64,000 nt of DNA from Azolla caroliniana. Lineage: Eukaryota; Plantae; Polypodiophyta. A model generated the notes under the pieces. The model made no database searches, was not told the DNA's origin, and was given only the letters and a program-made list of their open reading frames with translations. Positions 38,085 through 50,599 of the stretch are shown one piece after another. The stretch spans positions 3,968,001 through 4,032,000 of the forward strand of contig JBHGNT010000007.1 in the NCBI GenBank assembly GCA_043228905.1, given 5' to 3'. The position numbers were made by a program, and so were the translations under genes. Each line of letters opens with the position of its first letter. Within the stretch, counting starts at the first letter, position 1.

Positions 38085-39484
38085 GACGAGAGATGATGAT
38101 AATAGATTATATATTATAAGAAGAGTAAGTACAAAAGGGCTATGAGGCTAAAGACTGGCGTTGAACCAATTTGGTTCAACATAATGCCTAGTGCCCTCTT
38201 TTATAGTGTTCTCAAGAGTAATCCTAAAGCTTCTAGAATGTTCCAGAGAAATCTGGAATATACATTGATTTCCTATAACAAAATGTAAATGAAAATAATA
38301 TCCTACGTATTACAATAGATGATATAATGGTCAAGAGCTCGACCCATATAACCTAAGGTCATGGGTTCGAGTCTTGCCATATCATGACAAAGTCAGCATT
38401 CTGCCCTGTTTCTCCATCAACTGCTTCCTTATCATTCAGAGTGTGATACTCCCAATTCTGAATGTATGCTTTGTTTAGACAATATCTCCAATTTCCTTGC
38501 ACACAATGGAAGTAAAAACAAGTCAATTCTCTAACCGCAATACAATGACCATCCAACCTGGAATAACCACGAACAGCATGCAGAGATCGCAATTCGGGAA
38601 TTCCTTAGCACTCCTAGGTCTTCTCCCTATTTACTTCATCTATCTTCACTTCCCAAAATTCACGTTTGATATCTCGGACTTGCGAGGAATAAACACCTGT
38701 TGCACTCGTTGACATATTTGTTCTTAAAAATTCAACTACATGTGATGAACAATTCATGTGCACACCATCTGTCTTTAGTTGTTCATGGGTAAGTGCCCGC
38801 TTTATAACAATCCCTGCACCATCATGTTCACCTTTACCATGGCCAGACCCAAAAAAATTCCATCTCATCTCCAAACCTGTTATAGCAGGATACCTCCCCA
38901 CAAAATAAAATGGGCGTCGAGCCTTGATTTGTGACGCAGCTCCGTCAGACCAGACCCAATGTTGAGTAAGCTCCAAACGTTGAGCTAATAACCACAACCA
39001 ATGTAACTTAAAACAGTGTTGGACGAACAAGGTATCATGCTTCTTATCATCAGAAATAAAGAAATGAATTACTTTTTTATCACCTGAAACTCGAAAATAT
39101 GTTATATGCACAAAAATGGTTACAACACCGGGACATTTGAAACAGGTAATATGTCGCATTTTGAGAACTGCCCATCAAAAAATGACACAAATTAGGGTGA
39201 TTCACAAAAAGGGGTGCCGCATGCGTAAAGGAATTTTAAAAATGACCCAAAAATATATTGATTTTTAACATGTACGGAAATTTAGGTGTTCAAAAAAATG
39301 CCTAAATAATGGACATGCCAAACTTACAAATGAATGTCCAAAATGACTAACCCCAATATTTATAGAAATTCTGAATCCAAATCTTGATGTGCAATACAAT
39401 ATTTATAGTTAACGTATCAGGACAATCATTTTTCAAGTTTATTTCATCATCTTCATACCCATTAGATGAACTAGTACGAGTTTA

Positions 39485-39785
39485 TGAGGTCTCATCCTCA
39501 TCATCAATGGCAACTAATGCATTGTGTTGATCCAATTGCAATCCAACCTCATCGAGTTTATGAGTCATGCTTCTTGTTTGTCCTTGTGTTGTGTCTGAAG
39601 CCACATTCTAGATCCTCTTTTACTATCTTCATTGTGGTCTGTCACAGATAACTTGTTCTGGTCAAAGATAAGTCATACACTAATATATAAACATAATCCA
39701 ATGTAAGAGTAAATGTGCTTGATGGATCTTTCCTCCTCACTTTTTGGTTATGATATTTCATTATGTACTTTCCATTTACAAGATT
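39485..39785 (-). pseudogene. C-terminal remnant of an element-A-type transposase
   Basis: Translates GKY...TLTLDYVYILVYDLSLTRTSYL*QTTMKIVKEDL / QGQTRSMTHKLDEVGLQLDQHNALVAIDDEDE, aligning with STLDISDVDIIVYDFTLTKAGRLRKSTIDIIKEKL...QRQTRSATYNLESNHLVYDEDNALIGTSEDDEE. Confidence 0.85.
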
Positions 39786-40209
39786 TGATTATGTGAGAGA
39801 AACTTTCTACCAAAATCATTAGAATCTAAAAAATGTCTTAAAGATGTTTTCCATTTTTCTTAGATTCTCATAGTAAGCCTTTGATGTCGTACAGAAATCC
39901 AATTCATTCCATCTAGATTTGACACAACATGTCAAATTTTACTCTATACATCTAGAATTGGATATAATGCATCAGATTCTTATAAGTCTTGGAATTTCTT
40001 TAAAAATTTCCATTAAAAAAATACTCTTGCATTTTAATGCATTGCATTGAATTCTAGCTACATAGACTAAAATATGATACATTGCATGGATTTCCCAAAA
40101 ATACATAAATAAATACAAATTGAAAAAATAAAACATTTTCCCATAAATAAATAAATAAACATTTTTTATTTTACTCGTAAATAAATAAATAAAAATTGAA
40201 AAATTAGAT

Positions 40210-41875
40210 TTCAATGGAAATCCAATTTCGTGCATCGGATTCAATTGAAAATCCAATTTCTCTTATTTTTTTGAAAGCTTTCTTATTTTTTGAATTGTTT
40301 TTGAATTTGTTTTTATTTTTCCCATAAAAAAATAAATAAAAATTGAAAAAATGGATTTTCAACGGAAATCCGATGCACTGCATCAGATTTTGGTTGAAAG
40401 TCCACTTTTACGTATTTTTTTCCAAATTTGCTTTTTTTTTTGAATTTTTTTGAATTTTTTCTATAAAAAATAATTAAATATTGAAAAAATAGATTTTCAA
40501 TGGAAATCCGATGCACTGCATCGGATATCCGTAGAAAATCCACTTTTTCTTTTTTTTTTCCAAATTTTCATATGTTTTAGAATTTTTTTGGTATTTTGTT
40601 TGTCTATTTTCTCATAAATAACTATATAGAAATTGAAAAAATGAATTTTCAAAGGAAATCCGATGCATTGCATCGGATTTCTATTGAAAGTTCACTTTTT
40701 GCTATTTGTTACCAAATTTTCATATTTTAAAATATGTTTTTGTATTTTTTAAATTTTTTTTTATTTTTTCCCATAAATAAATAAATAAAAATTGCAAAAA
40801 ATGGGTTTTCAACAGAAATCCGATGCACTACATCGGATTTCTATTGAAAATCCATTTTCTCTTATTTGTTTCCAATTTTTCAGATATTTTGAATTTGTTT
40901 TTGTATTTTTTTGAATTGTTTTTGTTTTTATCATAAATAAATATATAGGAATTGAAAAAAAATGGATTTTCAACGGAAATCCGATGCACTACATCGGATT
41001 TCCATTGAAAGTCCACTTTTTCTTGTTTGTTTACAAATTTTCTTATTTGTTTATATTTTTCTCTAAAAAAGTGTTAAAAATAAACAAATTGTGATTTTCT
41101 CCATTTAAAATGATGTGTTTTCAACGGGAATCCGATGCAGTGCATCGGATTCCCGTTGAAAACAGATCATTTTCAACAGGATTTTCAATGGAAATCCGAT
41201 GCACTGCATCGGATTTCCGTTCAAAATCACTGAGTTTCAACAGAAATCCGATGTAGTGCATCGGATTTCCGTTGAAAGTCCAATATTTTTCTTATGTTTT
41301 TTCATAAAACATTAATTTGCAATTGAAATCCGACTCAATGGTTCAGATTTTGTTGAAAATGTAATATTTTTTTATTATCTCATTGTTTTATGAAAAACCT
41401 AAAAGAAATTTGGATTTTTAATTGAAATTCGATGTAGTGCATTAGATTTCAGTTGGAAATCCACTTTTTTAATATATTTTTATTTATTTTTTGAAAAAAT
41501 GAAAAACAATTGAAAAGCAAGAGGATTGCCAGCTAAAATCTGATGCAATGCATCAATGTCTAGCTGTATAGACTACGATCTGATGTAGTGTATCGGATTT
41601 CAGTTGAAAAGCCGTTTATTATTTTTTTATATGGAAAATAAATAAATAAATAACATTGGAAAAAGAAAAAAGAAAAATGGATTTTCGACTCTAATCCAAC
41701 GCATTGCATTAGATTCTAGCTATATATACTAAAATATAATGTAGTGCATAGTATTTTAGCTGAAAATCCATTTTATATTTTTTAATGGAAAAAATTTTAA
41801 AAATTACAAAAAAAAATAAACTTGGATTTTCAACTGAAATCTAGTGCATCACATTGGATTCCAATTAAAAATCCA
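40210..41875. repeat. Array of ~16 palindromes GAAATCCGATGCA-S-TGCATCGGATTTC in element B
   Basis: Perfect 47-bp palindrome at ~41118-41163; further copies at ~40365, 40502, 40654, 40814, 40975, 41191, 41243, and decayed copies to ~41870. Confidence 0.9.
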
Positions 41876-41917
41876 AGATTTTTTATTTTTTCAAATTTTA
41901 TTGTTTCAAATTTTCAA

Positions 41918-42358
41918 TGGGTTTTAGATTAGTTTTCTGACACAGGTATATAATATAAAACTTACATCAATTTAGATTAACGTTATATTTTATTCTTCAG
42001 TTTGATGTTATCTGTGCAATTTCATTCTACTGTCATGTACTACTAAAACATACGCCTTAAAGATTATCAGGAACTCTGTTGCATTAGAGAAGGACCTTGA
42101 GCAAGTTAATGTCATCAAAATGAGGATCCAAGGTATCTGGGGTTGTCCTGATCAAGACCAAGAAGTTGGGGCAAAGCATATCAATAAAACTTAGATGTTC
42201 CAGATGACTTTTAGAAAACTTGTGGAACTATAGATGAAGACGCAGGGCAACTTGTTGAATTAGAAGACGTTTCAGAGTCTGAACATACTAACAATTCAAC
42301 TTAGCGTACTGACGAAGCCAATGAGGACGATCCTGATGAAAGAGCTAATCCTGAGTAG
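41918..42358 (+). pseudogene. Remnant of the MTase gene (motif I exon end, intron, last exon)
   Basis: WVLD*FSDTG|gtatat...intron...|TTKTYALKIIRNSVALEKDLEQVNVIKMRIQGIWGCPDQDQEVGAKH matches WILDLFSGT|..TTSACALKLFRNTVALEKDEDQVIFINMRIKALWECPDQDEEVGAKN. Confidence 0.88.
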
Positions 42359-43124
42359 ACGGCGACATATTACCTGTTTCAAATGACCCGGTGTTTTACC
42401 TGAACTGAACACCAATGCATAGATTGAATTTCATTCTGCTGCTTGAAAGTATAATTCTCTGTGAAATCTACTACTGAGACTATTACATCATTTGGGAAAT
42501 CAGATATGCAAGTCTTAAACTGATGGGCCTGCCATGAATAAATGAAGTTGTGTTTAATGAACTTTCCTAGAGATACTACAAACAGAGACACCAAGTCCCT
42601 TGGTTTAAGCATCTTCCGAACTAGATCCTTTCTTTTACACACCTTTCCTTCGAAATTGGTGTTCACTGACTCAATTAACTTCACAGAGATAAATATTTCA
42701 CTACTCAATTCATTTGGACACCACCTAAATCTAGTAGGGCCACAATCTTGACATAAACCCATGACACATTTATACCTATGGAAGACAGCGTCAGTTTCTC
42801 TCGGACACAATATTGAATCTAATACATAACTCATTGAAGAGATAACGTGCTCAGATGATTTACACTCCTCTTGTGGGCTTGATCGACAGATTGGGCACCC
42901 ACATGTGCAAACTGTATTAGTTAGGGATGCGCTATGGTGACGTAGTAGATTAACATAGTCCTTCAGAAAACCCATCTGTACATGGTAAATGCAACAACAT
43001 GTATATCGATCCTTTAAGCATCTCACAAAGTGTGGCTTAAGAGACTCGAATGTTCGTAGTTGAACTTTGATATTTGGATGCATTCGTTTGAACCTAATAA
43101 ATAAATCGACGTGCATAATAAAGG

Positions 43125-43670
43125 GGAATTAGTTATTCTCGTAACTAGCTAACTATCCTAGTAGCTAATTAGTTGTCCTAGTAGCTAATTAGCTATCATG
43201 GTAGCTAATTAGCTTTCCTAGTAGCTAATTAGCTGATAATAACGAAATTAGTTATCCTAGTAGCTAATTAGTTGTTCTAGTAGCTAATTAGCTATCATGG
43301 TAGCTAATTACCTATTCTAATAGCTAATTAGTTAATTACCTATTCTAATTAGCTATTCTAGTAGCTATTTAGCTATCATGGTAGCTAAAACCCTATTCTA
43401 ATAGCTAATTAGCTATTCTGGTAGCTAATTATCTGGTAATAACTAAATTAGCTATTGAGAATAGCTAATTAGCTATCATGGTAGCTAGTTAGCTATTTTG
43501 GTAGCTAATTATCTAGTAGTAACTAAATTAGCTATTGAGAATAGTTAATTAGCTATCATGGTAGTAGCTATTGAGAGTAGCCAGTTACCTATGTAGTAGC
43601 TATCCTAGTAGCTAACTGAGGTAAATGTAACTTATAAGCTAATTAGCTTTTCTGCTAACTGAGCTAATTA
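43125..43670. repeat. TAGCTAATTAGCTA palindromic minisatellite in the Sola2-like transposase intron
   Basis: About 20 imperfect copies at ~20-bp spacing; the same motif occurs at 45220-45253. Confidence 0.85.
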
Positions 43671-45277
43671 ACTTTCCGTGTACAGTCAAAACAAATGTTG
43701 AGATAAATGTAAATACCTGAGGTACATCAAGAAGATGAATTGGATGCTCCTCGTATTGATTTCTTCCAACACGTTTCCTGCATAAATCCTTTTTATTGGG
43801 TGAAACCCTACTCTCATTAGTCCAAAACATTGTGATTACATCCTTGATTTCTGATGTTATGGTTGTCATTGGCTTACATCTTGTAGTTAGCTTTAGTAGA
43901 CTAGTTCCTTCACCCGAGGAAATTATACGGTTCAATGTATTATACACTGTTTTTCTACTAACACCAATTACCTTAGATAGCTCACTGATGTTTATATCGT
44001 CAACATCACTATTAAGTAACATCATTAGACTAGACCTTTTTAAGACAAGATCATCTTCTGACCTGCTCATGGATACGAAACTATTACGAAGATTATTTAC
44101 TAAAATAGATGATATGTTTGCATTAAGACCATCACAATCAACTAAGTCCTTTATCGATGGATCATTTAATATTCCATAAAGTACTACCTTCTTTTCTTCA
44201 TTGTTGATGTGCTTGGTTTGAACATTGAAATAATCTACAACCTTTCTCTCTATGATGGTAGTCGCATTACTTACATTCTCAGCTAAACTATCCTTACCTT
44301 TACTGAGTGTGGCTTTCGTATCCTTCAACAATTGACGATGTTTCCTTTTTTTTGTTGCCCAAGTTGTGTCCTGATAGCATCATCCCTATCCTTATAATCA
44401 TTGAGGGGTAATTCTAAACACCCTTCTTCCCCTTCCATTTGGTTGGACATATTAAAACCCTAAATTTCCAGGAAAAAAAAACAAGTATTTAAGATGGCTA
44501 TGGGCAACAACAATACACAAGATTAGACACAACAATACACAAGATAATCAATAGACAAAAAAATTATTGCAATCCAAGACCGAACAATTGAGGAGTTCAC
44601 TCCATTGGATCGAACAGTTGAGGAGGCGATCCAGGACAGACCAATGGCGACAACTGAGTGTAGAATGTTGTCGTTGGATGAGTGAACTCCGTCAAATCCA
44701 AATGTGGAAGCAATCCAGGACTGGACAGTAGCGGCAACTGAGTGTAGAATGATGGCAATGGAGGAGAGAACCCCGTCAAATTGAACAGTTACCGATGATG
44801 CTTGGAATGCACAAAGAAGGCAACTGAGAGTAGAATGGCGGCAGTGGAGTTGTTAACGCCGTCGGGTCGAAAAGTGGCAGCAATACACGACCTTCACAGT
44901 AGCGGCCCCTGAGTGTAGAGTGGCGGCAGGTGGACTCAATAGGGTTTAGCAACAGTGGTAGCAACTAACCCACAATACTCAACTAGAGATGGCCTACATG
45001 ATGTGGCAAAGGATCATGCATAATGGTCCTAGGAATTCGATATATAATTTATGGTGCACATATCAATTTATGTTGCACGTTTATGTTGCACGTTTATGGT
45101 GTTCATTTACATATGTAATTAAAACACTCTAGTATTTTCAATGGTAGTTTTTTGCATAGTTAATTTATTAATGATGGCTTTTTGCTAAAATGACTATTTA
45201 TCAATGGTAGCTTTTTGCATAGCTAATTAGCTATGTCAAGGACATAGCTAATTGTTTCCACTCTCATGCTTTCACCC

Positions 45278-46419
45278 TTGGGCGTTCCTATCAAGGATTC
45301 AGTTCTCCTCTACTACAACAACATGAGCATCATCCACTTGGCCCGCAACCCAGTGTTCCACGCTCGGACTAAGCATATTGAAGTGCATTATCACTTCATC
45401 CAAGAGCATGTCCTAAACGGAGATGTCGACCTACAACACATCAACACGAATCTGCAAACTGCTGACATCTTCACAAAGGCCCTAGGGGTCGACAAGCTAC
45501 GACATTTCACGACAAACTTAGGTCTTTTTTATTACCGACCAACCAAGCTTGAGGGGGGAGTATGGATGAGGAGCCGTTGAACGAACATAGGAGTGAGCCA
45601 GCTATAAGAAGCCAAAGCTAGAGTCGACTCAAAGCCGACTTGAAGACTAATGACTAGTTTGAACCAACCATCCGACGACCGGAAGTTACGTTTGAAGGGG
45701 CATGTTGAGAATTGTTGAGAATCAAGCTCAACTTGGTCTAGTGTGTGAACTCACCTTGAGAGTGAATAGACACTCCAACGGTCAAGAGTCACCATTATGT
45801 CACCACTTTGTATTCTAGCATTTAGTATGAGTCATAAAATCATATTCTATGACACATAACTTATGAGCTTTCACATTCCCCATACTCCATGAGTCTTGTA
45901 GTTAATGAAGAGAGAGGGTGACTATATAAAGCACCCTCCTCCCACCTTGTATAATGTTGAGTCTTTCTCCTTTGTTAATATACTTTACCTTGTGTATTCT
46001 TTGTGTCTTACTCCTTGTCTCTCTCTCTCTCACACACACACAGTTCATATCTATTCCGTTGTACAAAATCCATCTCTTGATTCTTTACAAGAATCAAACT
46101 CAACTTCCCTAGTGTGGGAACACACTTTAGTATACTTAAGTGTGTGAACACCACACCTCCTAGTATAGTAACTAGTCTGTCATAGAACTTTAAGTTCTAT
46201 GACATGTATATTTAATAGGTAGTTAAGTCTCCACCTCCTTTCCAAGCGACGGTTGTAGTGAGAGAACAAAGAGAGAAGGTGACTACATAAGCACCTTCTC
46301 CGCCTCCTTGTAACTATTGGTTCATTCTTGCTTCTTGTGTTCTCTCTCTCTCTGTCTCTCTCTCTCTCACACACACACGTATCTATTCTGCTGCACATAA
46401 TCACTCTCGATTCTTCACA
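45278..46419 (+). mobile_element. Copia 3' fragment (RH end, UTR, PPT, 3' LTR 45703-46419), paralog of 13258-13596/25750-26166
   Basis: Near-identical RH peptide LGVPIKDS...ADIFTKALG and LTR. Confidence 0.9.
45713..46089 (+). mobile_element. Solo LTR of a related copia nested in the LTR
   Basis: TGTTGAG...TTTACA flanked by AGAAT TSD (45708-45712/46090-46094). Confidence 0.85.
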
Positions 46420-48025
46420 ATATATATATTTCTAACCCATATATTCTAACTCTACTATAATGATCTAACTTGATAAATAGTCGAGTTATAGATTGGTATG
46501 ACTCACATCTAACCATGCATACATATAACAAGTTAGAATTGCCATTTGAAAGGGGTATTGGGGAAATAAAGAAAAACATGTATAATTCAAAGTTTTTGCC
46601 TAATTAATATATTTACCACCCATTCACCCACCACCACCTTTTATCTATTTTTTGTAGGAAGATGGGGCAATGATGAGTAGCATCATGCAAGCCGCCCTAC
46701 TTAGCACACATTATTTTTGTGCTATTTTTGCTCGTATGGCATATTGTCCTTAGATTTTCAATGCATCTTTTGCTTATATGCTTTTCATGAGTTATTCTCG
46801 TTTTTTTTTTTTGTATAGCATGTAGATTTAGTTAATGTTTAATGCATACATGTCTAGAGACATCTGTAGAATGATAGCTTTAGACTACAGTTTACTAGTT
46901 AGCCAGTTCTTTGAATATATGGATGGATGGTATATGCATGTGTTTTTTACCTACAAAAATAGCTATATGGCTGTGAATTTTCTCAGGCATGCATGTTGGG
47001 ACAGGAGTTTCTTCATATTCTTCTTTATCAACGAGCATTAGGTAATGGTGGATGGAGCTGGTCTTTGACACGAGGGGATTCATTTATTGAAGACACTAAT
47101 ATCAGTATACAGAGTTGGTATCCGAAGTAAGGATTCTTGCACCTAAGGTTTCCAAATATTAATCAAAGTTGAAAATGATGAACACCATCATGTAATCTTG
47201 TTGGCTTGGCTCATCACGTGTCCCCTGGAATGTTTGGGTGTTGTTTAAAAGCTTGCTATGAAAAGGAAATATCATAAGCAAGTAGGAACTAAAAGTGAGC
47301 ATTTATTGTATTTGAGAGCCATGGATGAGCAATATTCTATTGAAGATTTTCTGGCATATTATCTTATGGCTATTTATACATGTGTATGAAAAGAGTTTTT
47401 TTGGTTTTTAAATCCTTGAAACAAATGGATGGATGGATGGATGGTATGTGTGAACTGAAATATCTTTAAAAGATTGGCCAAACCCTTGACAACCCTGTTA
47501 TGCTGAAGTCAATTTTGTAAGACATGTTGTGTCAAATGAATGGTCTTCCTCGTAAGGATTGAAGTTGATGATAAAAAAATATGCAAGTTAAGAGTGTAGA
47601 GCTAGTAAGAAAAAATTGGAAAATCTTAATGTATTTAACATGCAAAGAAAAATAATTTGTAGCAGTGCTATTTAAGCGGGGTTGTGATGTCACATTAGTT
47701 ACATGCTATATCTTGATATTTACAAATCCAGCTTACATTTGGAATGTCTTTAGGTATGATTTGATTTATCTTTAACAATCTATGATCAGTTCTTTTGTAG
47801 TTAACTGTTGAGAATTGAAACCAACTTCCCCATTGAAATGGCTACCACACTAGCAATGGACACACTAGGCTAGTTTGGTAAATAGCAAAAAGGGTAGTTG
47901 CCCTAGGTTAGTTGGTATTTAAACCAACCTTTTGTAACTTGGTTATTGTTGGATGTATTTTTATTTTGGATTAATACAACTTCTTATTCTTTGTCTTTAA
48001 GCTTGTTCCCTTTCTCTCTCTCTCT

Positions 48026-50533
48026 CACTTAGGAAAAAATGGTTTGATAAAGAATGTCGTGAAGCTCGAAAGTGCCTTATGATTTTGGATGTAGTTAAGG
48101 ATAAAGAGAATTACCAAAAGCATTTGCATGAGTATAAAAGGCTTATTCAAAGAAAGAGAAGAATATGGGAAGTTACTCAACAATTTATCCAAACGCAAGA
48201 GAAAGCACATGCATGTGCTAAATTTTGGGGAAATCTAAAGGGAAAACATGTTGAGAGTTATGGTGACTTAACTCTTCACGACTTGTCTATGTATTGTAAG
48301 AATTTATATGAGTTATCTCTTGCCGGAAAGATGATGTGTTATGGTTCTCTTTCACATATGTCTCCCTTCTTTACAATTGAAGATATATGCATAGGACTTA
48401 AGAAGTTGGCCTCTCGAAAGGCAAGCGATCTTCAATGTATAAAGGCTGAAATGCTCAAATGGACAGGAAAGGAAGCACATATATGGATAAGCGATATGTT
48501 TAATGATGCATTGCAACATGGTATGTCGTACGATTGGACTACAAATTGGATCAAACCTTTACATAAAGGTGGAGATATAAATAATGTAAACAACTATCGA
48601 ACCATTATGGTTGGCTCATTAATGGCAAAACTATTTGGATGTATAATGGAATCAAAGATAAGTGTATGGGATGAAAAAAGTGGTAAGAGAGCTTATGGAC
48701 AAGGTGGCTTTCAGAAACACCATAGCACCATTTATCACCTTATCACCCTTCGAGTATTAATGGAGGAAAGTCGCCTTAGAGGTAAAGGTTTATATTGTAA
48801 CTGCTTTGTAGACTTCAAGAAAGCTTTTGATATGGTACCTCGTGAGCATCTTTGGAGGCGAATGGAAGAACTTGAGGTGCCAAGTGAATATATGCTTGCA
48901 ATTTCCCGAATTTATGAGAAGGCTATATGTTGTGTGCGCATGAGAGATAAACTTTCAGATTTTTTCAAAAGCACTATTGGTGTTAAGCAAGGATACCCAC
49001 TCTCACCAACACTGTTTGGTCTATGCATTGATGAATTGGAAGAAATGGTTGCCAAGTTTGCAAAGGAAGAATGTGTTGAAGAAGTTGCCATTGGGAATGT
49101 TGTGATTATGCTTTTGCTATATGCAGATGATGTAGTGCTTTTTGCAAATACTTTACAAGATGCACAAAAGCTTATGAAGGCATTGGAAAAAATTTGCATG
49201 CATACTAAATTAAGTGTCAATAGCTCTAAAACAAAGATTATGCTTGTGAAGAGCCAAAAAAGAGATAAACCATGCATTATGTACAACAATGAGCCACTTG
49301 AATGTGTGGAAAGCTTCAAATATCTTGGCCTTAAAGTTCCTTCAAATCATAGATGGAATGAATGTGGTACACGCCGCTTAGAGGCGGGCAAGCGAGCATA
49401 CTATGCATTTGAGAACACATGCAATCTTGGAGATATTAAGTGTTGGGTCCTCAAGAAATATCTTTTCAACACTTTGGTGACACTGGTTCTTCTCTATGGT
49501 GTGGAAGTATGGGGCGGTAGCATCCCTAAATCTATGTGGAAAGAGTTTGAAAATGTCCAAAAGCATTTTCTTACCAAGTTTCTACAAGTTAAGAAACAAA
49601 CGCCCTACACCCTCCTCCTCCTTGAGACGGGATCGCTTCCCATTGAGATCATGGCCATGGAAAGGTTTGTTGAATACATGCTTAAGGTTCAAAAAAGTTC
49701 CTCACATCGACTTCCTAGAATTGCGTGGGAAGCAAGCAAAAAGATCCAAAAGACGCATAAAAGCAAAATTTTGTGTTCCGGTTGGATGCAAGATATAGAA
49801 AAATGGTTTGGTAGATGGGATGCGAGACACTTGCTTCATGATGCATCATTAGATTCCTCTGTAAATGAGGCATTTTTGCAACACCAATGATCATGACATG
49901 GGACAAATGTGGAGGCTCACGCTTCACACATTATACTACACATGTTGCACCTAACTACAAAACCATATTCTTTGCCTCTGTAAATGAGGCATTTTTGCAA
50001 CACCAATGATCATGACATGGGACAAATGTGGAGGCTCACGCTTCACACATTATACTACACATGTTGCACCTAACTACAAAACCATATTCTTTGCGGAACG
50101 GGGAAATCGTACACATCCATACATGTTAGAGCCCATACCGTTATCTGTCATTCGAACCATTGCTTCCATGCGAGTTAGCTCACATGCATTGCGATGTGAA
50201 ACAGGGCATTGGGGTACAAGTGATGAGAGTGGTGGGCTATGCACACTTTGCCCTAAACAAGTTCGCGAGTCTGAGTATCACACTTCGATACAATGCTCTG
50301 CCTTTGATCATATTCGACCATGCTTTCCACATCTCTTCGATCGAGCCCAATCTTTGCATGAATTCCTCTCACAACCACAATGTGCACTCTCGATTGCAAC
50401 ATTCATTGGTAAAGTTCTTGAACATCGAGAGTCAGTACTTACTTTTACACGTATCACGTGAAATGTAATATTTTTGGTCTCATAGGTCATACTTGACCTC
50501 CGAAGACGATAATATAATCTATCTATCTATCTA

Positions 50534-50540
<7 letters not shown>
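48026..50540 (+). mobile_element. 5'-truncated non-LTR retrotransposon (LINE, RTEX/CR1-like) with (ATCT)n tail
   Basis: RT ORF 48079-49890 (FVDFKKAFD, GVKQGYPLSP, YADD), C-terminal CTLC...H...C finger, 119-bp duplication at 49856/49975, tail running into (CT)n. Confidence 0.88.

Positions 50541-50599
<59 letters not shown>

Larger units (their letters stand above)
26640..38389 (-). mobile_element. Chromodomain gypsy (Tcn1-like chromovirus), decayed, 3' LTR truncated
   Basis: 5' LTR 38389-37910, partial 3' LTR 26939-~26640, PPT at 26951-26940. gag ~37839-36850 with CLYCGGPGHIAINC; protease LLDSGA; RT YLDD; integrase; chromodomain EYEVAAILDSKIVRNKLYYLVDWLGY. Confidence 0.92.
39124..42395. mobile_element. 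Internally deleted relative of element A (element B)
   Basis: 34-bp TIRs at 39124-39157 and 42362-42395 (1 mismatch), TTAC TSD (39120-39123/42396-42399) splitting the Sola2-like codons QV|TI. Contains transposase and MTase remnants. Confidence 0.92.
38390..45277 (-). mobile_element. Sola2-like DNA transposon remnant (one end retained)
   Basis: Transposase pieces 44331-43717, 43116-42400, 39123-38614 and 38592-38390 with VVDFTENY, WSDGAASQIK and WNFFGSGHGKGEHDGAG motifs. Putative terminus GGGTGAAAGC at 45277 abuts copia RNase H sequence. Confidence 0.72.

Noticed and set aside
38318-38389. Functional tRNA gene
   Set aside because: Could not fold a canonical cloverleaf by eye; reported only as tRNA-like.
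46640-47800. Possible host gene exons
   Set aside because: Splice-like signals present, but all frames are interrupted and no motif was recognised.
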